From Octopus sinensis (taxonomy: Eukaryota), in the NCBI RefSeq assembly GCF_006345805.1, contig NW_021832894.1, positions 1-29,694 of the forward strand: a stretch of DNA of 29,694 nt, in the 5' to 3' direction. Of this stretch, positions 14,322-24,490 are shown one piece after another. Positions within the stretch are counted from its first letter, which is position 1; each line of letters starts with the position of its first letter. The translations under genes were made by a program, and so were the position numbers. The notes beneath the pieces are model-generated. The model searched no databases, had not been told where the DNA came from, and saw only the letters and a program-made list of their open reading frames with translations.

Positions 14322-14717
14322 AATATCACAACATGTTGACATGAAGGAAATCTCTACATTCAGAAGTGTCTTTGATATTCTCATCACCTAAAGGAAAACA
14401 GTATATTTATACGGAGCATTCATGAATAAGTCTACCTCTGTATATAAATACAGTCTATAACAAGGAACAGCGGAATATTTTTCTTTCTCTGGAATGTGGA
14501 GGAGGTGATTGCTTTCCTGGTGAATTAAAGTTGGATAAATTTACAAAGGAGTTGACAATTTCCATCTGCTGTTTTAGATATCGAGTAAGATCGTGGATGG
14601 AAGAAAGATTGCATTAAATAATTCTCTGCATGAAGTGACACGACGGAACAAAAACATATTCATAGAAAGGAAAAACACATTATCTTTGTGATATGTATGA
14701 TAAGTAATTCTCTCATA

Positions 14718-15347
14718 ATGAATAATTTAAGTAAACCAGAAATCCCCAACACAGAGGATAAGGTATATAATTGTAATATCTGTGGTAAATCCTTCCTTCA
14801 GTATCGTTACTTAACTTATCACCAACGTACACATACAGGAGAGAAGCCATATCACTGTGATATCTGTGGTAAATCATTCTCTTATAATTGTCATTTGGTT
14901 ACTCACAAACGCGTTCACACGGGAGAGAGACCCTATTATTGTGATATCTGTGGTAAATCATTCTGTGAACGTACAGTTTTGACGAAACATAAGAAGATTC
15001 ATACTGGTGAAAAACCATATCAGTGTGATATCTGTGGTAAATCATACTCTCGTAATAGTCAATTGGTTAGTCACAATCGCACTCATACAGGAGAAAGACC
15101 ATTTAATTGTGATATCTGTGGTAAATCATTCTGTGAACGTAAAGTTTTAACTAACCATAAGAAGATTCATACTGGTGATAAACCATATCATTGTGATATC
15201 TGTGGTAAATCATTCTCTCAGAGTGGTAGTGTCACTACACACAAACGTACACATACAGGAGAAAAACCTTATCATTGTGATATCTGTGGTAAATCATTTT
15301 CTCAAGGTAATCACTTGACTAATCACAAACTTACACATACATGGTAG
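14718..15347 (+). CDS. ZNF unit C: 209-aa protein with 7 tandem C2H2 fingers and no effector domain
   Basis: ATG at 14718 (MNNLSKPEIPNTEDKVYNC..), homologous to the ATGs of B and D; 7 C-x2-C-x12-H-x3-H units with TGEKPY-type linkers; ends HTW*. Confidence 0.85.
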   Translation: MNNLSKPEIPNTEDKVYNCNICGKSFLQYRYLTYHQRTHTGEKPYHCDICGKSFSYNCHLVTHKRVHTGERPYYCDICGKSFCERTVLTKHKKIHTGEKPYQCDICGKSYSRNSQLVSHNRTHTGERPFNCDICGKSFCERKVLTNHKKIHTGDKPYHCDICGKSFSQSGSVTTHKRTHTGEKPYHCDICGKSFSQGNHLTNHKLTHTW

Positions 15348-15543
15348 AGACCATATCATTGTGATATCTGTGGTAAACCATTCTCTCAAAGTAGTGACTT
15401 GACTATCATTGGTAAATCATTCTCTCAAAAGAAACACTTGATTATGCACAGTCGTATATATACACGAGAGAAGCCATATCTTTGTTTTATCTGGTAAATC
15501 ATTCTCTCAAAGGAGTCATTTGGCTTATCACAAACTTACACAT

Positions 15544-16323
15544 AGGCGTAGGAGTGGCTGTGTGGTAAGCAGCTTGTTTACCAACTACATGGTTCCGGGT
15601 TCAGTCCCACTGCGTGGCACCTTGGGCAAGTGTCTTCTACTAGAGCCTCGGGCCGACCAAAGCCTTGTGAGTGGATTTGGTAGACGGAAACTGAAAGACG
15701 CCCATCGTATATCTCTATCTCTATATATATAAACGGCAGTTTGTCTGTGCGTGTTTCTGTGTGTCTGTTTTCTTGTACCCTCACCCTGACCACGGCTTTC
15801 AACCGATTCTGATGAAACTTGACACACACATAGCCCAATGTCATAATTCAAAACTATCGCAGCGAAAATTTTGAAAAGTTCCCCCAGTTCTGAAAAAAAT
15901 CGATAAATTCGACATGGGGTCGACAATCAGAAACACAAACCACAGGGGACGCAACTCGACCTTTTTAACTATCAAAAAAAAATTTACCATCATTTTTTTC
16001 CCCATTTTTTTTCTATTTGTTGGCTATAACTCTCTAAAAATGCTTTATAGTTATTTCCCTTACAAACCCGAGCAACGCCGGGCGATACTGCTAGTATGTA
16101 TATATATGTGTGTGTATATTTTTGTGTGTCTGTGTTTGTCCCACCAACATTAATTGACAACCGATGCTGGTGTGTTTACATCACCGTAACTTAGTGGTTC
16201 AGCAAAAGAGACCGATAGAATCAGTACTGGGCTTACAAAGAATAAGTCCTGGGGTCGATTTACTCGACTAAAGGCGGTGCTCCAGAATGGCCAAAGTCAA
16301 ATGACTCAAACAAGTAAAAGAGT
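15544..16323 (+). mobile_element. SINE family 1 inserted in a decayed finger linker, split by a Helitron
   Basis: TGGCTGTGTGG and GGTTCAGTCCC boxes; AT at 15542-43 and 16324-25; removing it restores CACAT-AAGGGAGAG (H-T/K-G-E linker). Confidence 0.9.
15712..16094 (+). mobile_element. Non-autonomous Helitron
   Basis: A|TCTCTATCTCTATATATATAAA start; CCCGAGCAACGCCGGG hairpin at 16067-16082; CTAG|T end at 16091-16095; no TSD. Confidence 0.9.
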
Positions 16324-16849
16324 ATAAGGGAGAGAAACTATATCATTGTAATTACTGTGCTAAATCATTTGCCCTTAATTGTCATTTGGTTATCACAAAC
16401 GTGTTCATACAGGAGAGAAACCTTGTCACTGTTTTGTTTATGGTAAATCTTTCTCTCAAATTAATCACTTCACTAATAAGACACATGTGGGGGAGAAGCC
16501 ATAATCCTGCATTAGTTGTTGTAATTCATTTTTTGCAAATGGTGTTGTAACTACACACGAAAATGTTCATACCAGACACAACCTATGTAATGGTCGTGTC
16601 TGTGTTAAAGCATTCTCTCATAGACCTAACTTAACTGTCCATGAACGAATCCCTACATGAGAGTAGCCATGTCAGTGTGACATGTGTGGCACATGATTCT
16701 CTCGAAAAAGCCACATGCATAAACATGTGGCTATTCACAGAGACGTGTTACTGTCTCAATGTCAAAATTTATTAAGTCATAACAATAATTAACACTATTT
16801 GCTCTGCTAAAACACAGGCTTTTTCCTTTCATCATTATAGGAATTTCTT

Positions 16850-16869
16850 AATAAAGAATAATGAATAAA
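16850..16869 (+). terminator. Tandem AATAAA polyadenylation signals of unit C
   Basis: AATAAA at 16850-16855 and 16864-16869, followed by TATTTATTTTGTGCTTGTTTTTTTG. Confidence 0.55.
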
Positions 16870-17273
16870 ATATTTATTTTGTGCTTGTTTTTTTGCACTA
16901 TATCTGGACCCTGTTCCCTTTGTACCTTAAACCTGTCAACTGGCACAAGGTGACGTCCCTTCAATACTACCCTGCCAGTTTTCAGCTATTTTGTCTTGCA
17001 AGGTCCTTGAGGACCATGTCAGTTTTGTTGTCACATAGAATTCGCTGGTGAGGGTCCCAGGAAAAAGGCAATTGTGCTGCTGCTGGACCCATATCACAAG
17101 CACTGGTGATGGTGATGAGATGACACAAAAAGAAGCATTGATGGTGGTGACACGTAAAATGCACGGATAAGGGGCTCATATTATAAGCACAGGTACTAGT
17201 GCCAACTCAGCAGCACTGGTGATGGTGTCCCATAAAAACAAACACCCAGTGCTCTCTGTAAAAGGGTTGACAT

Positions 17274-17657
17274 AGGCATAGGAGTGACTGTGTGGTAAGT
17301 AGCTTTCGTACCAACCACACGGTTCCGGATTCAGTCCCCCTGCGTGGCACCTTGGGCAAGTGTCTTCTACTATAGCCTCGGGCTGACCAAAGCCTTGTGA
17401 GTGGATTCAGTAGACGGAAACTGAAAGAAGCCCGTCATATATATATATATATGTGTTTGTCCTCTCAACATCGCTTGACAACCGATGCTGGTGCGTTCAC
17501 CTCCCCATTACTTAGTGGTTCAGCAAAGGAGACTGATAGAATAAGTACTAGGCTTACAAAGAATAAGTCCTGGTGTCGATTTGCTCGACTAAAAGGTGGT
17601 GCTCCAGCATGGCCACAGTAAATGACTGAAACAAGTAAAAGAGTCAAGAGTAAGAGT
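17274..17657 (+). mobile_element. Full-length SINE family 1
   Basis: As 7000-7382; the empty paralogous site GTTGACAT-TAGGAAATG is at 24047-24063. Confidence 0.9.
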
Positions 17658-18028
17658 ATTAGGAAATGCATTCTGCTGTAGAAAAGCCAAATCAGACAAG
17701 GGAAACTGGTGCAACTCATGGCTTTGTCAGCTCTGGTCAACCTATCCAACATATGCCTGTATGGAACACAGACATTAAATTTTGAGGAAGAAAGCATGTA
17801 TAGTGTGGTGTTATGGGCTGTGATGAGCTATGTGGTGTTGGTGGAGAGGATTGCAGATGAGGTAGACAGAAGTGAAGACTGCAGGGGCCGGAGGAACAGC
17901 CACGGGGCATGCATGGGCAGGAAGTTCAAGGAGAGACAGCAGCGTGCAAGGACATGTTCATTTCTTGACAGTGATTGCTCATCCCGCCTAGGTCAACAGG
18001 TAAGGCCTTTTGTATTTCTTTCTCCGGT

Positions 18029-18790
18029 AAGGGTGATTAGGTGATGGTCTAGGGCTTAGGGGCGGGAGAGCCCAGACCTTGGAAAAAACAAAAAAACTTT
18101 GGTTCTTTTGTTGTATTTGAGGAATCTTTGTTGACGCCTGATACCACTGGGAGGTGGCCCTCTTAGTCGCTGGAACTGGAGATCCCCAGGTCCAAATTCT
18201 TGAACTGTTGGGGTTAGTGTTGGTGTTGGTGGTGATGGCAGAGAGAGGTGGCAGCAGTGACAGGAACAGCAATGGTGGCAGTAGCAGCGAAGGTGATGCC
18301 AGCAGTGGCGATGGTGAAAGCGGCAGTGCTTGTTGGTGCTGGTGTTGCTAAGCAACAAGACGGGTAAAGGTGATTAGGTGATGGTCTAGGGCTTAGGGTC
18401 GGGAGCCCCAGACCTTGGAAAAAAAGGGATTTTTGTTGACGCCTGACACCCATGGGAGGTGGCCCTCGAAGTCGTTGGAAATGAGATCTCCAGGTCCAAT
18501 TCTTGAACGGCGGCAAAGTAGCTAATGTCGATGGTGTGTGGAAGGACCTTTCAAGTGTTTGACCTAAGGGTGATTAGGTGATGGTCTAGGGCTTAGGGGC
18601 GGGAGACCCCAGACCTTGGAAAAAACAAAAAAACTTTGGTCGTCTTGTAGTCGAGGGATCTTTGTTGACTCCTGACACCACTGGGAGGTGGCCCTCGAAG
18701 TCGCTTGAAAAGGAGATCTCCAGGTCCAATTCTTGAAAGGCGGCAAAGTAGCTGATGTCGATGGTGTGTGGAAGGACCTTTCAAGTGTTT
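18029..18790. repeat. Tandem triplication of a ~200-225 bp unit with a low-complexity insert at ~18205-18362
   Basis: AAGG(G)TGATTAGGTGATGGTCTAGGGCTTAGGG starts at ~18029, ~18366 and ~18566; single copy in the left arm (~6405-6630). Confidence 0.85.
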
Positions 18791-19042
18791 GGCCTCACAG
18801 AGACAATGATGAATAACTCAGACCTTTTGCATTATATCTTGCTTGTGAAAGATATCAAACCAAGTAAAATCAGAGTGGCTGGTGTTAGATAAGATCATCC
18901 AGCAGTAGAAACCATGCCAAATCAGACCCAGTCTGGAGCAGCCTTCCAGTCCTGGTCAAACCGTCTGAACCATGTCAACTTGGACAACGGACATTAAGTG
19001 AGGATAATGATGATGACTTTGGTTAAAGCGAGGTATAGCTGA

Positions 19043-19450
19043 AGGTGGCGAGCTGGCAGAATCGTCAGCACGTCAGGCGAAATGCTTAGCGGTATTTTGG
19101 CTGCCGTTACATTCTGAGTTCAAATTCCACCGAGGCCGACTTTGCCTCTCCTCCTTTCGAGGTTGATTAAATAAGTACCAGTTATGCACTGGGGTCGATG
19201 TAATCAACTTAATCCATTTGTCTGTCCTTGTTTTTCCTCTGTGTTTAACCCCTTGTGGGTAGTAAAGTAATAGGTATTTCATCTGTCGTTATGTTATGAG
19301 TTCAAATTCCGCCCAGGTCGACTTTGCCTTTCATCCTTTCGGGGTCGATAAATTAAGTACCAGTTACGCACTGGGGTCGATGTAATCGACTTAATACCTA
19401 TGTTTGTCCCGTCTATGTTTAGCCCCTTGTGGGTTATAAAGAAATAGGTA
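19043..19450 (+). mobile_element. Head-to-tail dimer of SINE family 2 (full copy plus 5'-truncated copy)
   Basis: Two GAGTTCAAATTCC..GTCGAT(A/T)AA..AAGTACCAG..AATAGGTAT bodies inside one GGTATAGCTGAA TSD. Confidence 0.85.
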
Positions 19451-19621
19451 TAGCTGAAGGCACTTGCTCAATGTGCTCTGCATTGGGATTGAACCCTAAA
19501 CCATGAGGTTGGAAAGAAAGTTCCTTACCACACAAACAACCCTGTCTGCATTTTTTGACTGTTTGGTTGTAGGTAATCCCTGATGTGAATGCATGTTCAT
19601 AGAAAAAGCTATTATTGTTAT

Positions 19622-19781
19622 AGGCTAAGGAGTGGCTGTGTGGTAAGTAGCTTGCTTACCAACCACATGGTTCCGGGTTCAGTCCCACTACATAACACCT
19701 ACTATAGCCTTGGGCTGACTAAAGCCTTGTGAGTGGATTTGGTAGACAGAAAATGAAAGAAGCCCGTCGTATATATGTATG

Positions 19782-19812
<31 letters not shown>

Positions 19813-20739
19813 CATCATCGTTTAATGTCCGCTTTCCATGCTAGCATTGGTTGGACGGTGCAACTGAGGTCTGGGAAGCCAGAAGGCTGCACCAGGCCCA
19901 GTCTGATCTGGCAGTGTTTCTACGGCTGGATGCCCTTCCTAACGCCAACCACTCCATGAGTGTAGTGGGTGCTTTTTACATGCCAGATGAGGCTGGTGAA
20001 CGGCCACACTCTGCCACCGGCACGGAGGCCAGGCGAGGCTGGCAATGGCCACAATCGGATGGTGTTTGTTATGTGCCACCGGCACGGAGGCCAGGTGAGG
20101 CTGACAATGGCCACAATCGGATGGTGTTTGTTATGTGCCACCGGCACGGAGGCCAGTCGATGCGGCACTGGCTATGGCCACGTTTGGATGGTTCTCTTAT
20201 GTGCCACCGGAACTAGTATCACAACTTCAAATTCTATTGATGTTCATCGATTTCGATTTTCACTTGCCTCAACAGGTCTTCACAAGTAGAGTTTTGTGTC
20301 CCTAGAAGGAAGGTATGCACAGGTGGACTGACTACGTCCCAGGTAGAGGCCACGGGTTTCGGCCTCACTTGTCCTGCCGGGTCTTCTCACGCACATCATA
20401 CTTCCAAAGGTCTTGGTCTCTGGTCATTTCCCCGGTGAGACTTAATGAGCGAAGTTTGTGCTTCACCACTTCGTCCAGGTTTTCATGGGTCCACCTCTTC
20501 CACAGGTTCCCTCAACCACTAGGGTGTATATGTATGTTTGTGTGTCTGTGTTTGTCCCCACAACATTGCTTGACAACTGATGGTGGTGTGTTTACATCCC
20601 CGTAACATAGCGGTTCAGCAAAAGTGACTGATAGAATAAGTGCTAGGCTTACAAAGAATTAGTCCCGGGATCGATTTGCTCGACTAAAGGCGGTGCTCCA
20701 GCATGGCCACAGCCACATGACTGATACAAGTAAAAGAGT
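19622..20739 (+). mobile_element. SINE family 1 split by an RTE insertion
   Basis: Head 19622-19810, 3' half 20524-20739; AT at 19620-21 and 20740-41. Confidence 0.85.
19811..20523 (-). mobile_element. 5'-truncated RTE-clade LINE with 62-bp tandem repeats in its 3' UTR
   Basis: Minus strand encodes LVVEGTCGRG..KTWDEVVKH..LSLTGEMTRDQDLWKYDVREKTRQDK*; (ATG)n tail; TGCCACCGG units start at 20012, 20074, 20136 and 20202. Confidence 0.85.
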
Positions 20740-20968
20740 ATGTCTTACAGTGACGACATAGATATAGGAAATAACATATTCTACAGTGAAGATAATGAAA
20801 TTGAGGCCGGCATTAGGCAATTTGAGACGAAAATCTCTATAAATTACACCAATAACCAATTGCATGGTTCCTGTATCTGGGGACCGGTATTTTGTAACAG
20901 AATATATTAGTAAACTTTCTTAAAATGACCAGGTGAAAATTAAAAAAAAAACAGAATTGAAAGTGAAA

Positions 20969-21364
20969 TCTCTATGTGTATAAAGCTGAAGTTGTCTGTG
21001 TGTGGCAGGTTTGGTAGCCTTCAACTAACACTATCTCCTCCGAGACCCTGCAGTGCAAGATGACCAAAATTGAGAGTATGATAGAAGAAGGCTTGCTCTT
21101 CATTCCGTAGAAGATAAAATTCAAATCGGACTATGTTAACACCAAAATTATTTACATCAAAAAGGTGCTTCTTTTTTTTCCTATGAAAATCCCTATATTT
21201 TACGATTTTTTTACTGTTGTGTCGACATTTCTCGGTGTATTTCAACCAGAGAAATGTTTACTTAAAGAGAATAAGAAGCTACATTATGCAACATCTTTAC
21301 TTTTCAAAAATTCCAATTCTAAAGGGTCGAAACAAACCCGAGCAACGCCGGGTTACACTGCTGG
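20969..21364 (+). mobile_element. Non-autonomous Helitron just upstream of the unit D first exon
   Basis: A|TCTCTATGTGTATAAAGCTGAAG start; hairpin at 21337-21352; CTGG|T end. Confidence 0.85.
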
Positions 21365-21714
21365 TAGTTAATATAAGGGAACAGACTAAAGTGCTGGAAC
21401 GAATCCAAGCAGTCAGTAGAGACATCTATTGGAGAATTCAAGAAATACAATCATATAAAGGGAAGTAACTTCTACACTACATCAACCAAGCTCCATTATT
21501 AATTAAGGTGCTTAATTAGCGATCGCTGACTCGCAGTTTGGATCTGAACAGGGTAAGTTGACAAAGATTTACTTTAAGGCTTTAATGATGATAATAATAC
21601 TAATAATAATATTGTAAATCATAGAATTCTGTGAATCTTTCGATGTTACAATAATTATTTCGAAGCGAAAACATAAAAATATAAGGAAAATATATTAATT
21701 CGTCTTAAATAATA

Positions 21715-21863
21715 TTTTCTTCTTTAGATACAAGACCTGAAATTTGAGGGAGGTCAATAGTCGATTACATCGGCTCCAATATTTAACTGGTATTTAATTT
21801 ATCGACCCAGAAGGAATAAAAGGTTAAAGTCAGCCTCGACGGAATTTGAACTCAGAACGTACC
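21715..21863 (-). mobile_element. SINE family 2 with 15-bp TSD (mirror of 3942-4090)
   Basis: TSD at 21700-21714 and 21864-21878. Confidence 0.85.
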
Positions 21864-21964
21864 TCGTCTTAATTAATAACTTCCAAACTGAAATGTTGGT
21901 TTGTTGTTTCTGAAAACCTATGATCGGATGTTAGATGTGATATAGAGGAAATTTATTTGGGCAT

Positions 21965-22371
21965 TCCGTAACAAACTTTTTTTTTTTTACATATGGACTT
22001 GCGGGAACTTTTTGAAGTAATGAGAGCGAAAGAGACTAAGAGAAAGCGATTTTATGACGAGGGAAGTTCTTTTGAAGTTACCGTCCAGGGGAAGCATTGA
22101 TGTACATGTGTGTGTGTGTGTTTGATGGGGTGTGGGAGACAGACAGTATGTTGTGTAGGTGAAGTGCTTCTGTTAGTGTGTGTGAAGAGACAGAGAGAGT
22201 AATGTGTGAAAGAGAGAGATAACTGAAATTTTTTACTCAGTGTATGTGTATATGTATGTATGCATGTATTTGTGTGTGTATGTATCTATGTATGTGTGTG
22301 TGTGTGTATCTATGTATGTGTGTGTGTGTATGTATCTATATATGTGTGTGTGTGTATGTATGTATGGCCGA
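21965..22371 (-). mobile_element. TIR-less internal fragment of the 13225 MITE family
   Basis: Reverse complement of ~13290-13630. Confidence 0.85.
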
Positions 22372-22635
22372 GAAGAATATCTATTCATGAGAAGAATATC
22401 TCCACCTCATTTTATAACTCTCCCGTCTTTTTCTTACCAGTTCGCCATTGTCACATCAACAGAGACATTAAGGCTGCACAGTAGCAGTCGACAAGGCATG
22501 TATAACGATTAAATAAAAAAAATTTTGTCTATATCTTCGATCACTGTCATTATTCCATTGAGTCAACCTCATTATTTTCTACATAGCAGACCGTTACATA
22601 AATAGGCAAAGGTAATCTTTCGTTTTAACTCGAAA

Positions 22636-22885
22636 TAATGTAAACACTGAATCGGCCATACATACACACACACATACATACACACACACATACATACACA
22701 CACACATACATAGATACATACATATACACATACACCGAGTAAAAAATTTCAGTTATCTCTCTCTTTCACACATTACTCTCTCTGTCTCTTCACACACACT
22801 AACACAAGCACTTCACTTACACAACATACTGTCTGTCTCCCACACCCCATCAAACACACACACATGTACATCAATGCTTCCCCTG
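22636..22885 (+). mobile_element. Second TIR-less fragment of the 13225 MITE family
   Basis: Direct match to ~13273-13530. Confidence 0.85.
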
Positions 22886-23494
22886 CTATGACGAGTAACA
22901 ATGCTTCTTTATCATTAACTCTGATCACTTCATAAACAGCCCATTTCACTTGTGGCAACTTTGCTCTGTGAAATTCTGGATGGCATCAACTCACTACTCT
23001 GGTCATGTTATGCCCACTATATTATCGTTTTGGCTAGCTCCATTCCCATTAGCTTCTAACACCTTCCAACTCAATCTACTTATGCAAGCATGGACAGTAA
23101 ATGCATGACAATGGTAGTGATATAAAATCTGCAATCTTTGATTACTTATGTTGGTCAACTATCCAGTTTTATCTTACTGCTTCTTTTCCTATTTCAGAAT
23201 ATCACAACATTTGACGTTAAGGAAATCTCTCCATTCAGAATTGTCTTTGATATTCTCATCAACTAAAGGAAGACAGTATATTTATAAGGAGCATTCATGA
23301 ATAAGTCTACCTCTGTATATAAATACAGTCTATAACAAGGAACAGCGAAATATTTTTTCTTTCTGTGGAATGTATGGAAGAAACATTGCATTAAATTGTT
23401 ATCTGAATGAAGTGACAAAAGTGAACGGAAATGTATTCATGGAAATGAAAAACACTTTATCATTGTGAAGTGTATGATAAATAATTCTCTCAAA

Positions 23495-23959
23495 ATGAAT
23501 AATTTAACTGAATCAGAAAATCTTGATAAAGAGGAAAAGCCATATCACTTGAATATCTGTGGAAAATCATTTTCTTACAGTAGTGACGATGTTAGACACA
23601 AACTTACACATACGGGAGAGAAGCAATATTATTGTGAGATCTGTGGTAAATCATTCTCTTGTAATAGTAATTTGGTTGATCACAATCGCATTCATACAGG
23701 AGAGAAACCATATCATTGCGATATCTGTGGTAAATCATTCTCTCGAAGTAGTCAATTGACTAGGCACAAACGTATTCATACGGGAGAGAGACCTTATCAT
23801 TGTGATATCTGTGGTAAATTATTCTCACTATATAATCACTTGACTAGCCACAGACTTACACATACAGGAGAGAAGCCATATCATTGCGATATCTGTGGTA
23901 AATCTTTCTCTCAAAGTCATCAATTGACTAATCACAAGCGTACAAACCTGTCAAAGTGA
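23495..23959 (+). CDS. ZNF unit D: 154-aa protein with 3 canonical C2H2 fingers and 2 atypical ones
   Basis: ATG in AAAATG context ([18 protein letters not shown]..). The first unit lacks the first Cys and the last lacks the final His; the C-terminus NLSK* comes from flank DNA joined by a deletion. Confidence 0.8.
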   Translation: MNNLTESENLDKEEKPYHLNICGKSFSYSSDDVRHKLTHTGEKQYYCEICGKSFSCNSNLVDHNRIHTGEKPYHCDICGKSFSRSSQLTRHKRIHTGERPYHCDICGKLFSLYNHLTSHRLTHTGEKPYHCDICGKSFSQSHQLTNHKRTNLSK

Positions 23960-24334
23960 CGTTCCTTCAATACTACCTTCCTCCCTGCCAGTTTTGAGCT
24001 ATTTTGTCTTGCAAGGTCCTTGGGGACCATGTCGGTTTGTAAAATGGTTGACATTAGGAAATGCATTCTGCTGTAGAAAAGCCAAATCAGACAAGGGAAA
24101 CTGGTGCAGCTCATGGCTTTGTCAGCTCTGGTTGAAGCATCCAACATATGCCTGAATAGAAAACAAACATTAAACGATGTAGGAAGTATTCTTAGCAAGG
24201 TGAAGCGCTTGTCCTTTGACATGCACAACAGCAACTAACATTTTTCTCCTCTTATTCTCCTCCAAGTATTGTGAACAAATATGCAAATATTTGTTGCGTC
24301 TGTTATTTTATAATGAATACATGCAATGTGTCAA

Positions 24335-24490
24335 ATCACTGGCAGAAACTTCAGCACACCAGGCAAAATTGTTTTTGGTATTTCGTCTGTCTTTCCATTC
24401 TGTGTTGAAATTTTGCTGAGGTCGACTTTCACTTCCATTCTTTAAGGATTGATGAATTAAGTACCAGTTGCCTAATGCTGTCAACCTAAT
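24335..24490 (+). mobile_element. Old diverged SINE family 2 copy
   Basis: CTGGCAGAAAC..GAGGTCGACTTT..AATTAAGTACCAGTT. Confidence 0.65.

Larger units (their letters stand above)
15348..16740 (+). pseudogene. Decayed finger units in the 3' UTR of unit C (interrupted by SINE plus Helitron)
   Basis: In-frame after the TAG: [19 protein letters not shown]; further remnants at 15410-15543, 16326-16500 and 16560-16740 (KAFSHRPNLTVHERI, QCDMCG..FSRKSHM.KH..IH). Confidence 0.75.
16490..21890. repeat. Right-arm intergenic block, inverted duplicate of ~3915-8150
   Basis: 16490-18790 pairs with 8150-6400, 18790-19800 with 6400-5570, and 20525-21890 with 5280-3915; shared SINE and Helitron insertions sit at identical sites. 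Confidence 0.95.
21553..23197 (+). other. Predicted intron of ZNF unit D (Q-type first exon ends at 21552)
   Basis: Donor GAACAGG|GTAAGT; acceptor TTTTCCTATTTCAG|AATATCAC. Confidence 0.7.

Noticed and set aside
14688-14717. ORF-track GTG starts for C (14688), D (23465) and B (9225)
   Set aside because: They are non-ATG starts inside a decayed finger; the ATG 10 codons downstream is conserved in all three copies.
15544-15620. tRNA genes
   Set aside because: The A/B-box-like heads continue into SINE bodies and I could not fold a cloverleaf.
17397-18784. Overlapping ORFs duplicated with 6464-7670
   Set aside because: They lie in a SINE, low-complexity DNA and the triplicated unit; their identity reflects recent duplication, and frames are broken between copies.
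20012-20210. CRISPR-like array
   Set aside because: Eukaryotic DNA, with whole units repeated and no unique spacers.
19851-20289. ORFs with repeated peptide units (PPARRPGEA..)
   Set aside because: They derive from the 62-bp tandem repeat in the RTE 3' UTR; the period is not a multiple of 3.
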